Both the position numbers and the translations under genes were made by a program. A DNA stretch of 64,000 nucleotides, taken from assembly GCA_043228905.1 (NCBI GenBank), contig JBHGNT010000018.1, positions 17,980,001-18,044,000 of the forward strand, in the 5' to 3' direction. The notes under the pieces were generated by a model. The model made no database searches. It was not told the origin of the DNA and saw only the letters and a program-made list of their open reading frames with translations. Below, in pieces: positions 1-12,800 of this stretch. Numbering within the stretch: the stretch's first letter is position 1; each line of letters opens with the position of its first letter. Origin of the DNA: Azolla caroliniana (taxonomy: Eukaryota; Plantae; Polypodiophyta).

Positions 1-2
1 AC

Positions 3-3000
3 TTCTCATCCTACACAGCCGGTGAGCATGGCTGTGTTCGGATGGGAAATGAAGGTACGTGCCGGATTGCCGGCATAGGTGACGTGTGGTTGACAACCCC
101 GACTGGATGCAAAATGCTGCTGAAGGATGTCCGACACGTTCCGGAGGTTCGATTGAACCTGATTTCGGCCGGGAGGCTAGACGATGAAGGCTACACATGT
201 AGCATCCGGAACGGCGTAATGAAGTTCAGCAAGGGGAGCCTGATAGTGGCTCGGGCCCGGAAAGACAACACACTGTACCTGATGAATGCCCGGTTATGTC
301 CGGAAGAGTTGAATGTGGCAGCCGACACTGCCGGTGAGCTGTGGCACAAAAGACTGTGCCACATGAGTGAGAAGGGGATGAAGAGGCTTGCAGAAGACAA
401 CCTCATCCCAGTGAAGCATGTGCACCTGGAGAAGTGCACCGATTGCCTGGCCGGTAAGCAGAACCAAACCTCCTTCCACTCAAGGCCACCGACGAGACGT
501 AGCGCACCATTGGAGTTGGTGCACACTGACGTGTGTCAGGTAGAGACGAAGTCACATGGCGGAGCCCAGTACTTCGTAACATTCATCGATGATCATAGCC
601 GAAAACTGTGGACGGCACCGATGAAGACAAAGGACCAAGTGTTGTGCGTCTTCAAAGAACTCCACGCGAGAGTGGAAAGGGAATCCGGCAAGAAGCTGAA
701 AGCGATACGAGCGGATAACGGAGGGGAATACCGAGGGCAGTTCCAGGAGTACTGTCGCTCGAAGGGAATCCGACTCGAGTTTACTGTGCCGAAGACGCCG
801 GAACTGAACGGGCTGGCCGAGAGGATGAACCGGACCATAATGGAGAGGGTCCGGAGTATGCTGGCGCATGCGAAATTACCCAAGGGATTTTGGGCTGAGG
901 CAATGTCGACGGCGACATATGTGATAAACCGATCACCCTCAGTACCTTTGGACGGAGACACGCCGCAGAGAGTGTGGACCGGTAGGGAAGTATCTTACCG
1001 GCATCTGAAGGTGTTCGGGTGTCTCGCATACGTGCATGTGGCAAAGGACCGGAGAGGAAAGCTAGATCCAAAGACCCGGCCATGCATATTCCTCGGTTAC
1101 GGCGACGACGAGTTCGGCTACCGAGTATGGGACCCGGTTGACAAGAAGATATTCCGGAGTCGCGATATCATCTTCATGGAGAACAAGACACTCGCCGACT
1201 GGGAGTCGGAGAAGAAGATGAAGAGCTCCAAGTCGACCGGTGAGGATCAACTCTACGAGGAGCAGTCCCGACCGGCAAGGGACCGGTTAGCACTCGAGGA
1301 TCCGGCCGAAGACGGTGAAGAAACAGAACCGGCCGAAGAAGATGAAAATGATACCGGAACCGGCCCCGATCCCGAAATGGATTCGGATGAAGAAGAAGAA
1401 TCGGAAGAACCGGTTACCGAAGCTCCGGAACGGAGATATCCTCTAAGAGAGAGAAGGGCCCCCCGGAGATTTCCGGAACCAGAGCACGTGCTGCTAACCG
1501 ACGAGGGGGAGCCAGAGAGCTTTGAAGAAGCAAAACATGACACCCAGAGCCGCAGGTGGTTGAGTGCCATGCAGGACGAGATGGATTCCCTGCATGAGAA
1601 CCATACATATGAACTTGTGGAGTTGCCGAAAGGAAAGCGGGCACTTCGAAACAAGTGGGTGTTCAAGCTGAAACCGGGAGATGCCGGAAACCCCCCGAGA
1701 TACAAAGCCAGGATCGTGGTGAAGGGGTTTCAGCAGAAGAAGGGCGTCGACTTCGACGAGATATTTGCCCCGGTAGTGAAGATGACCTCCATCCGGACGG
1801 TGCTGAGCATAGCGGCAAGCATGGACCTCGAGGTAGAACAGATGGACGTGAAGACGGCATTCCTTCACGGTGACCTCGATGAAGAGATCTACATGCAGCA
1901 ACCGGAAGGATTCGAGAAGAAAGGGAAGGAGCACCTGGTATGCCGGTTGAAGAAGAGCCTCTACGGACTGAAGCAGGCCCCCCGGCAGTGGTACCGGAAG
2001 TTCGACTCCTTCATGACCGACGAAGGGTACCTCAAAACGCAGTCCGACCACTGCGTGTTTGTGAAGAAGTTCGAAGGAGGAGACTTTCTAATACTCCTCC
2101 TGTACGTGGACGACATGTTGATCGTCGGACGGGACCAGGTCAAGATACGGATGCTGAAGAAGGCTCTTCACCGAACCTTCTCAATGAAGGACCTGGGTCC
2201 GGCGAGGCAAATACTAGGGATGCACATCATCCGGGACCGGAAGAAGAAGCAGTTGTGGCTGTCACAGGAGAAGTACGTGACGAAGGTGCTTCACCGGTTC
2301 AACATGTCGGAAGCAAGACCGGTCGGATCGACACTCCCGGCAAACTGCAAGCTGTCCAGCAAGCAAAGTCCCAAGACAAAGGCTGAAAAGGAGGATATGA
2401 TGAAAGTGCCGTATGCCTCAGCCGTCAGGAGCTTGATGTACGCCATGGTGTGTACGAGACCGGACATCGGATATGCAGTCGGAGTGGTGAGCCGGTACAT
2501 GAGCAATCCCGGCAAAGAGCATTGGAACGCGGTCAAGTGGATACTCCGATACCTGAAGGGCACGGCAAACGTGTGCCTCCGATTCGGCTCCGGTAAGCCC
2601 GAACTCGACGGCTTCACCGATTCGGATATGTCGGCTGATGCAGATACCAGCCGGTCCACATCAGGGTATGTGATGACGTATGCAGGGGGAGCTGTTTCAT
2701 GGCAGTCGAGGCTGCAGAAGACGGTTGCGTTGTCAACCACGGAGGCGGAGTACATGGCGGCTGTAGAAGCCGGCAAGGAAATAATATGGATGAAGGACTT
2801 CATTAGAGAGCTCGGTATCCGGCAGGAGGAGTACCGACTCTACTGCGACAGTCAGAGTGCAATCCACCTTGCGAAGAACGCGGCCTATCACTCCCGGACG
2901 AAGCACATCCAGCGAAGATATCACTGGATCCGGGAAAGGATAGAAGACAAGGAGTTCGTGCTGACAAAGATCCACACGGACGAGAACGGGTCGGATATGC

Positions 3001-3080
3001 TGACCAAGGTCCTCACACCCGACAAGCTGGAAGCATGCCGGAAGAGGATCGGACTGGAAAGACATCCCATGCCGAAGTGA
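3..3080 (+). CDS. Copia Pol polyprotein, 5'-truncated by the window edge
   Basis: The frame is open from base 3 (FSSYTAGEHGCVRMGNEG, protease end). Motifs: GAG-pre-integrase WHKRLCHMS, integrase LVHTD...RADNGGEY...NGLAERMNRT, GKLDPK, RT KWVFK/YKARIV/QMDVKTAFLHG/KSLYGLKQAPRQW/LYVDD, RNase H TEAEY/YCDSQSAI/SDMLTK. Confidence 0.96.
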   Translation, partial: FSSYTAGEHGCVRMGNEGTCRIAGIGDVWLTTPTGCKMLLKDVRHVPEVRLNLISAGRLDDEGYTCSIRNGVMKFSKGSLIVARARKDNTLYLMNARLCPEELNVAADTAGELWHKRLCHMSEKGMKRLAEDNLIPVKHVHLEKCTDCLAGKQNQTSFHSRPPTRRSAPLELVHTDVCQVETKSHGGAQYFVTFIDDHSRKLWTAPMKTKDQVLCVFKELHARVERESGKKLKAIRADNGGEYRGQFQEYCRSKGIRLEFTVPKTPELNGLAERMNRTIMERVRSMLAHAKLPKGFWAEAMSTATYVINRSPSVPLDGDTPQRVWTGREVSYRHLKVFGCLAYVHVAKDRRGKLDPKTRPCIFLGYGDDEFGYRVWDPVDKKIFRSRDIIFMENKTLADWESEKKMKSSKSTGEDQLYEEQSRPARDRLALEDPAEDGEETEPAEEDENDTGTGPDPEMDSDEEEESEEPVTEAPERRYPLRERRAPRRFPEPEHVLLTDEGEPESFEEAKHDTQSRRWLSAMQDEMDSLHENHTYELVELPKGKRALRNKWVFKLKPGDAGNPPRYKARIVVKGFQQKKGVDFDEIFAPVVKMTSIRTVLSIAASMDLEVEQMDVKTAFLHGDLDEEIYMQQPEGFEKKGKEHLVCRLKKSLYGLKQAPRQWYRKFDSFMTDEGYLKTQSDHCVFVKKFEGGDFLILLLYVDDMLIVGRDQVKIRMLKKALHRTFSMKDLGPARQILGMHIIRDRKKKQLWLSQEKYVTKVLHRFNMSEARPVGSTLPANCKLSSKQSPKTKAEKEDMMKVPYASAVRSLMYAMVCTRPDIGYAVGVVSRYMSNPGKEHWNAVKWILRYLKGTANVCLRFGSGKPELDGFTDSDMSADADTSRSTSGYVMTYAGGAVSWQSRLQKTVALSTTEAEYMAAVEAGKEIIWMKDFIRELGIRQEEYRLYCDSQSAIHLAKNAAYHSRTKHIQRRYHWIRERIEDKEFVLTKIHTDENGSDMLTKVLTPDKLEACRKRIGLERHPMPK

Positions 3081-3090
3081 AGGGGGAGTT

Positions 3091-3687
3091 TGTTGGGATT
3101 TCGGTCCCTTCGGATGGGATGGTCGGATGTCGGAGACGAATGCCGACAAGCCCGGTTTCGGTTTCGGATCCGGATGACGGAGACCCCGGCTTCGGTGCCG
3201 GATGACGAATGTACCCGGAGAGCGATTCGGATGCAGGGACATATCCGTAATATGTTCGCTATGGGCCCCTGAGGCTATAGTTGTAAATAGCCCAAAGTCA
3301 TATAAGTATAAATATGACTTAGGGCAAACTGTTTTATTGTTGCTCATCATTTTTCTGTTTTTCCACTCAAGAGAGTGAAGAGGGAGCAGCCGTGAGAGAG
3401 AGAGCGTGAGAGAGGAAGAGGACGACGCCTCTGTGTATTTCCGCCGCCTGTGGCGAGGACAGCGAGCTCAAGGTCGTCGCCTTGCAGCTCGCCATTGTAT
3501 ACTTCTCTTTGTATAGTGTTGGCTTGGAGTCTTGTACTCCCGTGGTTTTTCCCGTATAGGGTTTTCCACGTTAATCACTGTGTATTCGTGTGTTTCTCTC
3601 TGTGGTTCCTATTTTCTGCTGCATTGATTCGCGATTACTCGGTTGTGGCCGAGGGGGGAAGGTGAATCGAAGCGTCGATTCCCATCA
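3091..3687 (+). repeat. 3' LTR of the copia element (about 597 bp)
   Basis: Begins TG two bases after the PPT. Imperfect terminal inverted repeat TGTTGGGA/TCCCATCA. TATA-like TATAAATA near 3307. The next 5 bp (AAACT) are the candidate TSD. Confidence 0.85.
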
Positions 3688-3960
3688 AAACTAGTCCAAT
3701 TATTTCCCCGCATGTTGCCAACTCATGCATATTCACCAAAATTGGGTGTGTGTCAATTGCAAATAATAATGGACTCAATGGGCGTCCTTGTCTAAGTGAC
3801 TTTGTCAATGGTATTGCCTTAGTAACTTCACCATTTAACATAATGTGTGACATTGCACTTAACCCAACCTCAAAGAGAGTCAGGACATCCTTTCACCCAA
3901 ACCCACATGAGACATAAGTTGAGTAATAAAATACTATAATATAAGAGAAGGCCAAGGTGT
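3688..3960 (-). mobile_element. Degenerate LINE (L1/Tx1-type) reverse transcriptase fragment, interrupted by the copia insertion
   Basis: The minus strand reads IMLNGEVTKAIPLTKSLRQGRPLSPLLFAIDTHPILV, matching the non-LTR RT motif RQGCPLSPLLF. Similarity stops at the copia LTR end. Confidence 0.8.
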
Positions 3961-6900
3961 TGAGATTGCCTAATGGCTTATGCGGTAAAAGGTTAATTGG
4001 TTGAATCCTATTGTAATTGTGTGATAATTGGTATCAATGGAGGCAAATATGACATTGATATTAACACGTTGAGGGGAAACAATGATGAGGTTACCACTAT
4101 TGGCCTTGAGGGAGGAATAATGTGATAATAGTTCTTATAAGGGTTCATTATATAAGTTCGTAGTATGAAACAACATTAAGGTAAAAGGAGTGCATGCACT
4201 AAAAAAATGGTCCAACTATCATCATCTTCGCCCAAAGACTTGACATCAATACACCACAAATTTGTTCCTTGTTAAGTATTAGCTAGACACTTACTTTGAG
4301 GACCTTGTTTGATGATGCCAATGTTACCCCAAAGTAACAAGGGGGGAACTTCTAAACCTTAGAGAAAAGCCTTGAGACAAATATGTGAATACCCAAATGT
4401 AAAAGACATATAGAAGCCAAAGTATAAGGGTTTGTTAAATTGTCATAGTACATTGTCGTGATGTGGCACATACAAAGGGAGATAAGCGACTAAAAGTCAA
4501 GTTTTGCAATAGGTCAAGATTATGGACGAAGAGAACCCAAAAAGAAAAAGAGAGGAGATGAGATTAAATCAACCACCAAACATGATTGTTATAGTATATA
4601 AGCCATCTACTCGAGCAAATGGCTAGCCCCAAAGGAAGAGATGTTTATGAGCTCATTCTCAAGATATTGCCACTTACACCAACAATATCAACTAATTGGA
4701 TACCACATAAGACATCCAACCTTAGTGAGATTTGGCATCAACACCTTTCTATCCCCAATACATAATGAAACCACTCTATCTTGCCTATCATATGACCTTT
4801 AATTTCATATCGAGACCCTTTTAGCTATGTGCATTGTAGTCACGAGTTTCATGAATGATGATTATTACTTTAAGTGAAGTGGGTTACGAGGCAATAGAAA
4901 AGTGAGGATAAACTATATTTGAAGTGAAGACAAAGCTAGACCTTCCATTGTGAGATAACAAATATTTTGTTACTTCAACTATCTGATCTTTTGCACGGGG
5001 AGTAGAGCAACTTAATGTGTGATTAATGCATCGTCTCTCAATAGGCCTGTAATCCATTGTAAAGATGTTGGGTCCTACTAATATATTCATCTCCCATTTC
5101 ATATCTATATTCTATTATGTGTGATTACCGAATGCCTATGTTGATTTGACATTATATTGCAAGCTAAATGCATCCAAAATCTTAGCACCATTAAATATGA
5201 CTCTTTACCATCTACGTGTGTAGCTTATTTACATGTCATGCCAATGTAGCACAAGTTGTGTGTGAGTATGAATCCCTCTTTCTTGGAAGAGAAATTGCAA
5301 GGAATTAATGACAAATTGGTTGCCCATCATAAATCTCGTTTTCTAAAATAGATTTAATCTCGTAAATGATGTTGTCAACTAACTTTCATCTTAAAATGGA
5401 AAAGTAACGTTGGGATGCTAACAAACTAGTTGTCCATATTTTCATTGTAGGAGATTTTGTTACTTGATACAACAATACCTCACCTAACTCAGAAAATTTA
5501 AACCTTTGGATTGACATTCCTATGACAAACCTCACAGGCTTTCTTTTTTAGTTTTGGACTCAAGGGAAATCATTGTAGCACACCACCTTCACTCACAATA
5601 TGTAGTCATAACCATTTTGTACAATTACAACATTTCGACAAAAATGAACTCAAGGTTTTTCTATTTTAAGTGTTCTGGTTGTAATACAATGCTAGCACAA
5701 TCAAGTTAGTTAAAGACGAGGAGTATCGTTGTTCATGCATTGTTTGCATGATGAAACATTATGACAAAGCATATTGTACTAAAATAATATTGAAATATGA
5801 AATAATAAAATCACCCAACCTCATCATTCTCTAATTAAAGCTATAAGGTTGTTCGTTAAAAATGTGTATTTGGTAAAGGAAACAAATTAGATTTTTAGGA
5901 GCTATATTTAATAGTATTATAAAACTATTTTTAGAAGATTATGGAAGATATGATCCCTTAGTTGGTGGTATGTATATCATAGATTCATACTTATATAACT
6001 TCCAAATCTTTGGCCAAAGTTTATGGGTCAGAGTACATACTATAAGCAAGAAATGATTCTCTCGTGACTTGAGTCAAACTTAAAGAGGTGCATCACAAGC
6101 ATGCCAAGTAAGGTGACAAAATTTTCAATGTCGGAACATGGATGACTATCGTGTATATATATATATATATATTTGTGTGTATGGGTGTGTGTGCGCATAA
6201 GACTTTCTAATTTGGATTAATGTATTTATATGTAGATCCCGAGTTTAGTGTATGTGTAGTTGAAAATACGTTGGTAGGCATTACAGATGATAATGACGAG
6301 GAAACATGTCGACTACTCATATGAGTATAATATATATTGACACGTCTCACAAAAAGTTACCTCTCGAGTATAATAGATTTTTTTGTAAATGTATGCAAAG
6401 CCGTTATATATGACATTTTGGAGTGAAATTTTAGGACTAACACTTAAAATAACTTCAGTGCAACTTTGTTTATAATTTGAGGGGATGTGGAAATTCCTTA
6501 TCTGTGGCTCTTTAGGGATGAGATCGCTTAATCAATGGCTTCATACATCACATACATTTGAACGGAAAGTTATGATACATATTGTAGTTAAAAACTCTAG
6601 CTAGTGGAATTCCGAGTGGGTAGTTTTAAACTGGTTCAATTATTCAAAATATTGTTTTACTCACAAATTTATCTTAGTCATAAGGTGAAGACCAATGTTC
6701 AAGTATAACAATGATCAACCTTTTATCAAACGTCTCTCATCCTAGAGCCAACTTGAAAGATTCAAATTTATCATGAGACAGTGAAGATATTTGAAACACA
6801 TGTGTGTTCAATGTTACCGTCTTGAATTTGCACGTGGACATAATGAAGATAAGTTAAAAAAATGCACTTCTTTCATGAAAGAATATATATGACTCTATGA

Positions 6901-8579
6901 AAATTTCAAATTGATATTTACAACGAGGCCCTTGTTGGGCTTATTTGTTTAACTGCTTTAAACCTTCTAAACGGTTTGGATTATGTTTCACTCGATAGTG
7001 TCCACATGTTTTGCATATTTATTGCCCAATATGTTGTTTTTAAGTTTATAGAAGAAAACAATCAAATGGTGGATTTTCAGTCATCACATCGTCAATTCGA
7101 ATCACAAAATCTAACAAGTCGTATGAAGTTCAATTATCCATTAAAACACTCCTAAGGTTTGAGTACATATGAGACATCACATCTCTCTTTCCATTTCCTA
7201 CCAATGCAAATATATAGGGGTAGACCATGTAACAACTTGGCTAAGAATTTGCTTAAAGTCACAAAATTGTCATGTATGGCAAAGGTAACACAATGCAGAA
7301 TAGATTGCTTGATTGTATGTAGTATATGCATATGTCTTCCTCTGATGTGTTTGAAAGATTATATCAATTGTATCAGAGCGGTCAACGGGTTGCAAAGTGA
7401 CATCAACATGTTAAAGCTTACTGACATCATTGTTTACATTGTAATTTGTGACATAGATAAGGTGAAGGTTTTAATTTAAAACACATTCTTACTAGTTGTG
7501 ATATATATCAAAAAACAAGAAAAGTTTAGTTAAAAAAAGAGGCAAGTGCCACTTTATCATAAAGGATGGGATGATGCGCGTGCAATTTGTTTGTGTTACT
7601 TAGAGAGCACCATTTTAGAGCTTTTCATATAATACAAACTCGCCGAATCAACTTAATTTAGGTTTGAATGGTCCCCTCTCATCCAATCATCTCATGAGTT
7701 ACGTTCTCTTAAAACAAACACAATTGGCACACATATTCATCCTAGGCGTCCACACCTTACATTGACTTAATCAACTCGCATAAGTTTGAGATTAGTCTTG
7801 TTGAGAATCTAGTTTGTTTTTTTTTGTCATTGTACACGTTTGTCTAGAAAGGAAAAAATGGACCAAATTGGTTTAAAAGCTATGATTCAAATAATGTATG
7901 TATGTATGTATGTATGTATGTATGTATTGGTCAAACATTTGCCAACTTTTCCATGCTTGGATGCGTTTTTTGCCCAACTAACACTAACCCTCTACACGGA
8001 TCAAATTTGACCATGTGGGCTCGCAATGTGTCGTGCCATTTGTGTGTACCAACCTTGTCAATAATTTAATATACACACACGTAATCAAAATGCGCTATTT
8101 TTACACATTCACATTACTCGAATGTATTCAAATAAATAAGCAAATATATGATTAAGGCCTACGGGAAGGCATGTGGGGATGGGGCTGAGAACGCAACGAG
8201 GATGGAACTTTAGGCTCACGTAAAGTTAGCTCTTGTAAATATTGGTCCTAGTGCATGTCACTGGCAAGGAAATCAAACGCATGGTTCATGGTCACACGCT
8301 TAATATCTTTGGGCCAGACTCGTGGGTGCCATGAAATTTGATGAGTTCGTTAGAGGGGGATATATCGAGGATTGGATAATTTCATGTGTATTCGATCACG
8401 TCTTGACTTGCTTTACGAGAGGTGGTGATATCGATACTTCCTCGTGGAGTCAATGGTGATATGTCTTATTTCAATGGGCCCATCCGGCCTTGTGACCACG
8501 GCTTTTACCGGGCAGACGCTTGTGAAATGTGTTGACCGGACCGAAGAACCCGACAACAGCTTCCGAAACCAAATCAAGA

Positions 8580-9375
8580 TCAAATTAGACACACACACAC
8601 AACTCTGACAAAAAAAATCAAACCAGAAGAAAAGAGATAAGATTGAAAAAACAAGAATTCTAAAAACAGAAAAGAGAGAAAAAAGCAAACAAAAAATCAA
8701 AAACGCAAAATAAGAATGAAAAACAAGAATAAGAATAAAAAGAAAAAGAGAAAGAAATAAGAAAAGGGAATAACAAAAATAAAAACAAAAACGAAAACGA
8801 AAAGAAAAAAATACAATTAAAACAGAAAACAGAAAACAAAAATACAAATAAGAGGAAAAACAAGAACAAATAAATAAATAAATAAATAAAACAAAAACAA
8901 AAATACAAATACAAATAAGAGGAAAAACAAGAACAAAAAACAAAAATAAAAATAAAAATACAAATACAGATACAAATAAGAGGAAAAACAAGAACAAAAA
9001 ACAAAAATAAAAATAAAAATACAAATACAGATACAAATAAGAGGAAAAACAAGAACAAAAAACAAAAATAAAAATAAAAATGCAAATACAGATACAAATA
9101 AGAGGAAAAACAAGAACAAAATTAAAAAGAAAAAAGAAAAAAAGAAAAAAAAACAATTCAAAATAAAATATAATTAAAAAATGAAATTAATAAAAATAAA
9201 GTAAAATAAAACTAAAAATAAAAATAAAACTAAAAAAAATAAAAATAAAAAAAATAAAATAAAAAAAAACTAAAAAAAAAAAAAAAAGAAATAAAAAAAT
9301 AAATAAAAACTAAAAAATAATAAATAATAAAAAATAATAAAAAATAAAATAAATAAAATAAGAAAATGAAAATAG
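8580..9375. repeat. A-rich low-complexity tract containing a 60-bp tandem repeat (about 4 copies, about 8880-9120)
   Basis: The unit AAATAAGAGGAAAAACAAGAACAAAAAACAAAAATAAAAATAAAAATACAAATACAGATAC recurs at about 60-bp spacing, flanked by (A)nT and (A)nC arrays. Confidence 0.9.
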
Positions 9376-9423
9376 CCTTTATCCCTGTATCTCTCTGTCT
9401 CTTTATCTCTCTATCACTCTGAA

Positions 9424-9512
<89 letters not shown>

Positions 9513-9546
9513 GACAGACATGTGGGGGGGGTGGGGGGGGGGGGGG
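9424..9546. repeat. (CT)n(CA)n microsatellite followed by a poly-G tract
   Basis: Read directly from the sequence. Confidence 0.95.
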
Positions 9547-9888
9547 TTTCTCCCTTAAAAGCTCTGGCTTTTCCTCCCCTGTTTCTCATCTCGAGCGTTT
9601 TCTCCATCGCTCTTTCCTTTCTCATCCGTTCCCTCTCTGTACTTTCCGCCCATTCAATTTGTCCTTCCCCCCCCCCCCCCCCCCCATCCCCATCCTTTTC
9701 TTTTTTAAGTCTGGATAGACGACAGAAGCCCTTTCCCTACTCTACATTAATCGCCTTCTCCTTCCCCTTAATTCTTCCTCTCCCCTTCACCTCCTTTGAT
9801 TGATTTCCTTTTTTTTAAAATTTTTTTTTTAATTTTTTAAGTTTTCTTCTCGCCCCCATATATTGCGCGCAATCGCTCCCCGACAGAC

Positions 9889-12800
9889 ATGGCTCCCGAG
9901 GTTTCAGATCCGTCTACTGTTGAGAAGGTGCTCCAGCGTTTCCTACTATGATTAGGGTTTAGGGTTTAAATTAAAGATGTGGCTCGACTATGATTCGTGT
10001 GGGATTAAGGGGCACATTAGGAGTTGCCTAGGGTGTAATTAGGGGTGCTGTGGATCCGCAATTAATGTGTGATTAGGCTGTAATCAATGTGTAAGCAAGC
10101 AAGCAAGTAAGTGGTGATTAAGATGTAATTAGCACTTCCAACAGATCTCTCATGGGCTTGGATCTCCTTTTGGTTAATTCTTGCCTTTTCATGTTCATTG
10201 ATATGAAGTGGGGTTTTTTTCCCACTTACCACTTGTGCTTTTCTTGTTTTTCTAACAAGTGCTGTTTTTTTTTGGGGGGGGGGGTTGTTTCTTTTTTTGC
10301 TTTGTTGTATGAATATAGGGCGCCGCACTGAATATTGATGGAAGGAAGCAAGGAGGAAAGTCTGTGGATGACTGGCTTCCTGTGACAGGGTCTCGTGATG
10401 CAAAATGGTGGTATTCTGCATTCCACAATGTCACTGCAATGGTGGGCGCTGGTGTGTTAAGCTTACCATACGCCATGGTATATTTGGGATGGTAAGGACC
10501 TTGATCACAAAACCAGCATTTGGTCTCTCATCACATGTCCATTAATCACATCCTCAATGGCCTTATAATCACATCTTCAATGCCCTAAATCACATCTTCA
10601 ATGGCCATTAATCACATCTTTAATGGTCATTAATCACATCCTCAATGGCCTTAATCACATCTTTTCAATGGCATTACTTCCACATCCAATGCCTTCTTGA
10701 TTCATGTTGAACGGCCAAATCCGATGTCCATTAATCACATGATCAATGGATCTAATCACACGGTCGATGTGCTTTATCACATGGTCAATGGATCTAATCA
10801 CATGGTCGATGTGCTTAATCACATGGTCAATGGATCTAATCACATGGTCGATGTGCTTAATCACATGGTCAATGGATCTAATCACACGGTCGATGTGCTT
10901 AATCACATGGTCAATAGAGCTAATCACACGGTCGATGCCCTTCATCGCATGTCCTTAATTCTCCCCTTGACCACATGTCCAAAATGAATTAACCATAGTT
11001 TACAATCATTCAGCATGTACCCTTTGAAGCATGGTTTGTAATTTGTTAAACATGGGCGGTGCAGGGGTCCAGGTGTAGTGGTGCTTGTGCTCTCATGGGC
11101 CATCACTCTCTATACCTTGTGGCAGATGGTGGAGATGCATGAGATGGTGAAAGGGAAGAGATTCGATCGATACCATGAGCTGGGGCAACACGCATTCGGA
11201 GAGAAGCTAGGGCTATGGATAGTGGTGCCCCAACAATTGATTGTCGAGGTCGGGGTGGACATCGTGTACATGGTCACGGGCGGGACTTCGTTGCAGAAAT
11301 TCCACGACTTAGTGTGCGTGTCATGCCCCAAGATAAGGCGGACATTTTGGATCATGATCTTTGCGTCCGTCCACTTTGTCTTGGCCCAACTCCCCAACTT
11401 CAACTCTATTGCTGGCGTCTCCTTAGCCGCTGCCGTGATGTCTCTGAGGTATGGTCTTGTGTATTTGATTTCTGCAGAATTCTAGTCAGTTCTTTAAATT
11501 ACATTAGTTAGTTCTTTCTTTGAGAGGTTTCTGTCTCTGAGGTTTCTATGTTTGTGTAATTGTTTTTTGCCCAATTCTAGTTAGTTCTTTAAAGTGTACA
11601 CAACTTGCTTCTTTGTGAGTAGGAAAACCATGGCACAAAGTCGCATCTTAGCAACGACTTATATTGCTAGGGACCAAAAATTCTTCCCAAATTAGTTAGT
11701 TCTTTCTTTGAGAGGTTTCTGTCTCTGAGGTTTCTATGTTTGTTGCGTTGTTTTTTGCCCAATTCTAGTTAGTTCTTTAAAGTGTACACAACTTGCTTCT
11801 TTGTGAGTAGGAAAACCATGGCACAAAGTCACATCTTAGCAACGACTTATATTGCTAGGGACCAAAAATTCTTCCCAAACTGAATAATCACCAAGATGAT
11901 CACTGTATATACTTTAGCAACAACATTGTAGCTATGGATTGAATTTGTTTGTTTGAGCCATCATAACATCCTTTTTAGCTACTTCTTGCTATCAGTATAG
12001 TCTCTTGAATGTTGATATATAGGGAACACACACACACTCACTAGGATGTTTTAAATCTAGAGCATGAAGACTCTCATCAAATTATGTATTAAAAATGCCC
12101 TGATGTGTATGTAGCTATTCAACCATAGCGTGGACGGCATCTGCAGCTCATGGGAATGAAGGTGCGTCATATGATTACATTCATGGCTCATCCGAAGCGA
12201 AAACAGTCTTCGGTGTGTTCAATGCATTAGGGCAAGTTGCATTCGCATATGCTGGCCATAATGTTGTGTTGGAGATCCAAGCCACCATACCCTCGACACC
12301 CGAGAAGCCATCCAAGATCCCCATGTGGCGCGGTGTCGTCGTGGCTTATGGCATTGTTGCGCTTTGCTACTTCCCCGTGGCCCTTATCGGTTATTGGGCT
12401 TTTGGGAATGTAGTCAGCGACAATGTTCTTGTTACTCTCGACAAACCCACGTGGCTCATTGCTGCCGCTAATTTGATGGTCGTGATTCATGTCATCGGAA
12501 GCTATCAGGTGAAATATAAATGCTCCATGAGTTTCTTGCTTCCTGCTATCACTATAATGTTTGCGAGCATACATATAATCATTTAGGTTAATGGGTTCGG
12601 TTAGAACATAGCTATCCATTTGGGCCAAATTGTTATCTTACAAAATGGAGTGGGGTTTATACCTCAATTGCATATATACATACTGGTCCACAAAATGGTC
12701 CACGTAGTAGCTATGGTGTGTAATTGAACTTATTAGTTCTTGATTATGTTTGCTCGTATATGTGTGTGCATATGCAACATAGAATTTGTGGACATAAACC

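Larger units (their letters stand above)
1..3687 (+). mobile_element. Ty1/copia LTR retrotransposon, 3' part (end of protease, integrase, RT, RNase H, PPT, 3' LTR); the 5' part lies upstream of the window
   Basis: Pol order is INT-RT-RH. Polypurine tract GAAGGGGGAG at 3079-3088, directly after the stop codon. LTR starts TGTTGGGA (3091) and ends TCCCATCA (3687). GC-rich compared with flanks. Confidence 0.96.

Noticed and set aside
191-3350. Many antisense and alternate-frame ORFs within the copia element
   Set aside because: Shadow ORFs of a GC-rich coding sequence with no independent motifs.
8413-9161. Three long Phe/Leu/Cys-rich ORFs on the minus strand
   Set aside because: They are translations of the A-rich 60-bp repeat, open in all three frames only because T-rich sequence lacks stops.
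10655-10987. Repetitive ORFs (IDHVIKH...) and a CRISPR-like appearance
   Set aside because: This is an intronic minisatellite with no unique spacers and no cas genes, in a eukaryotic context.
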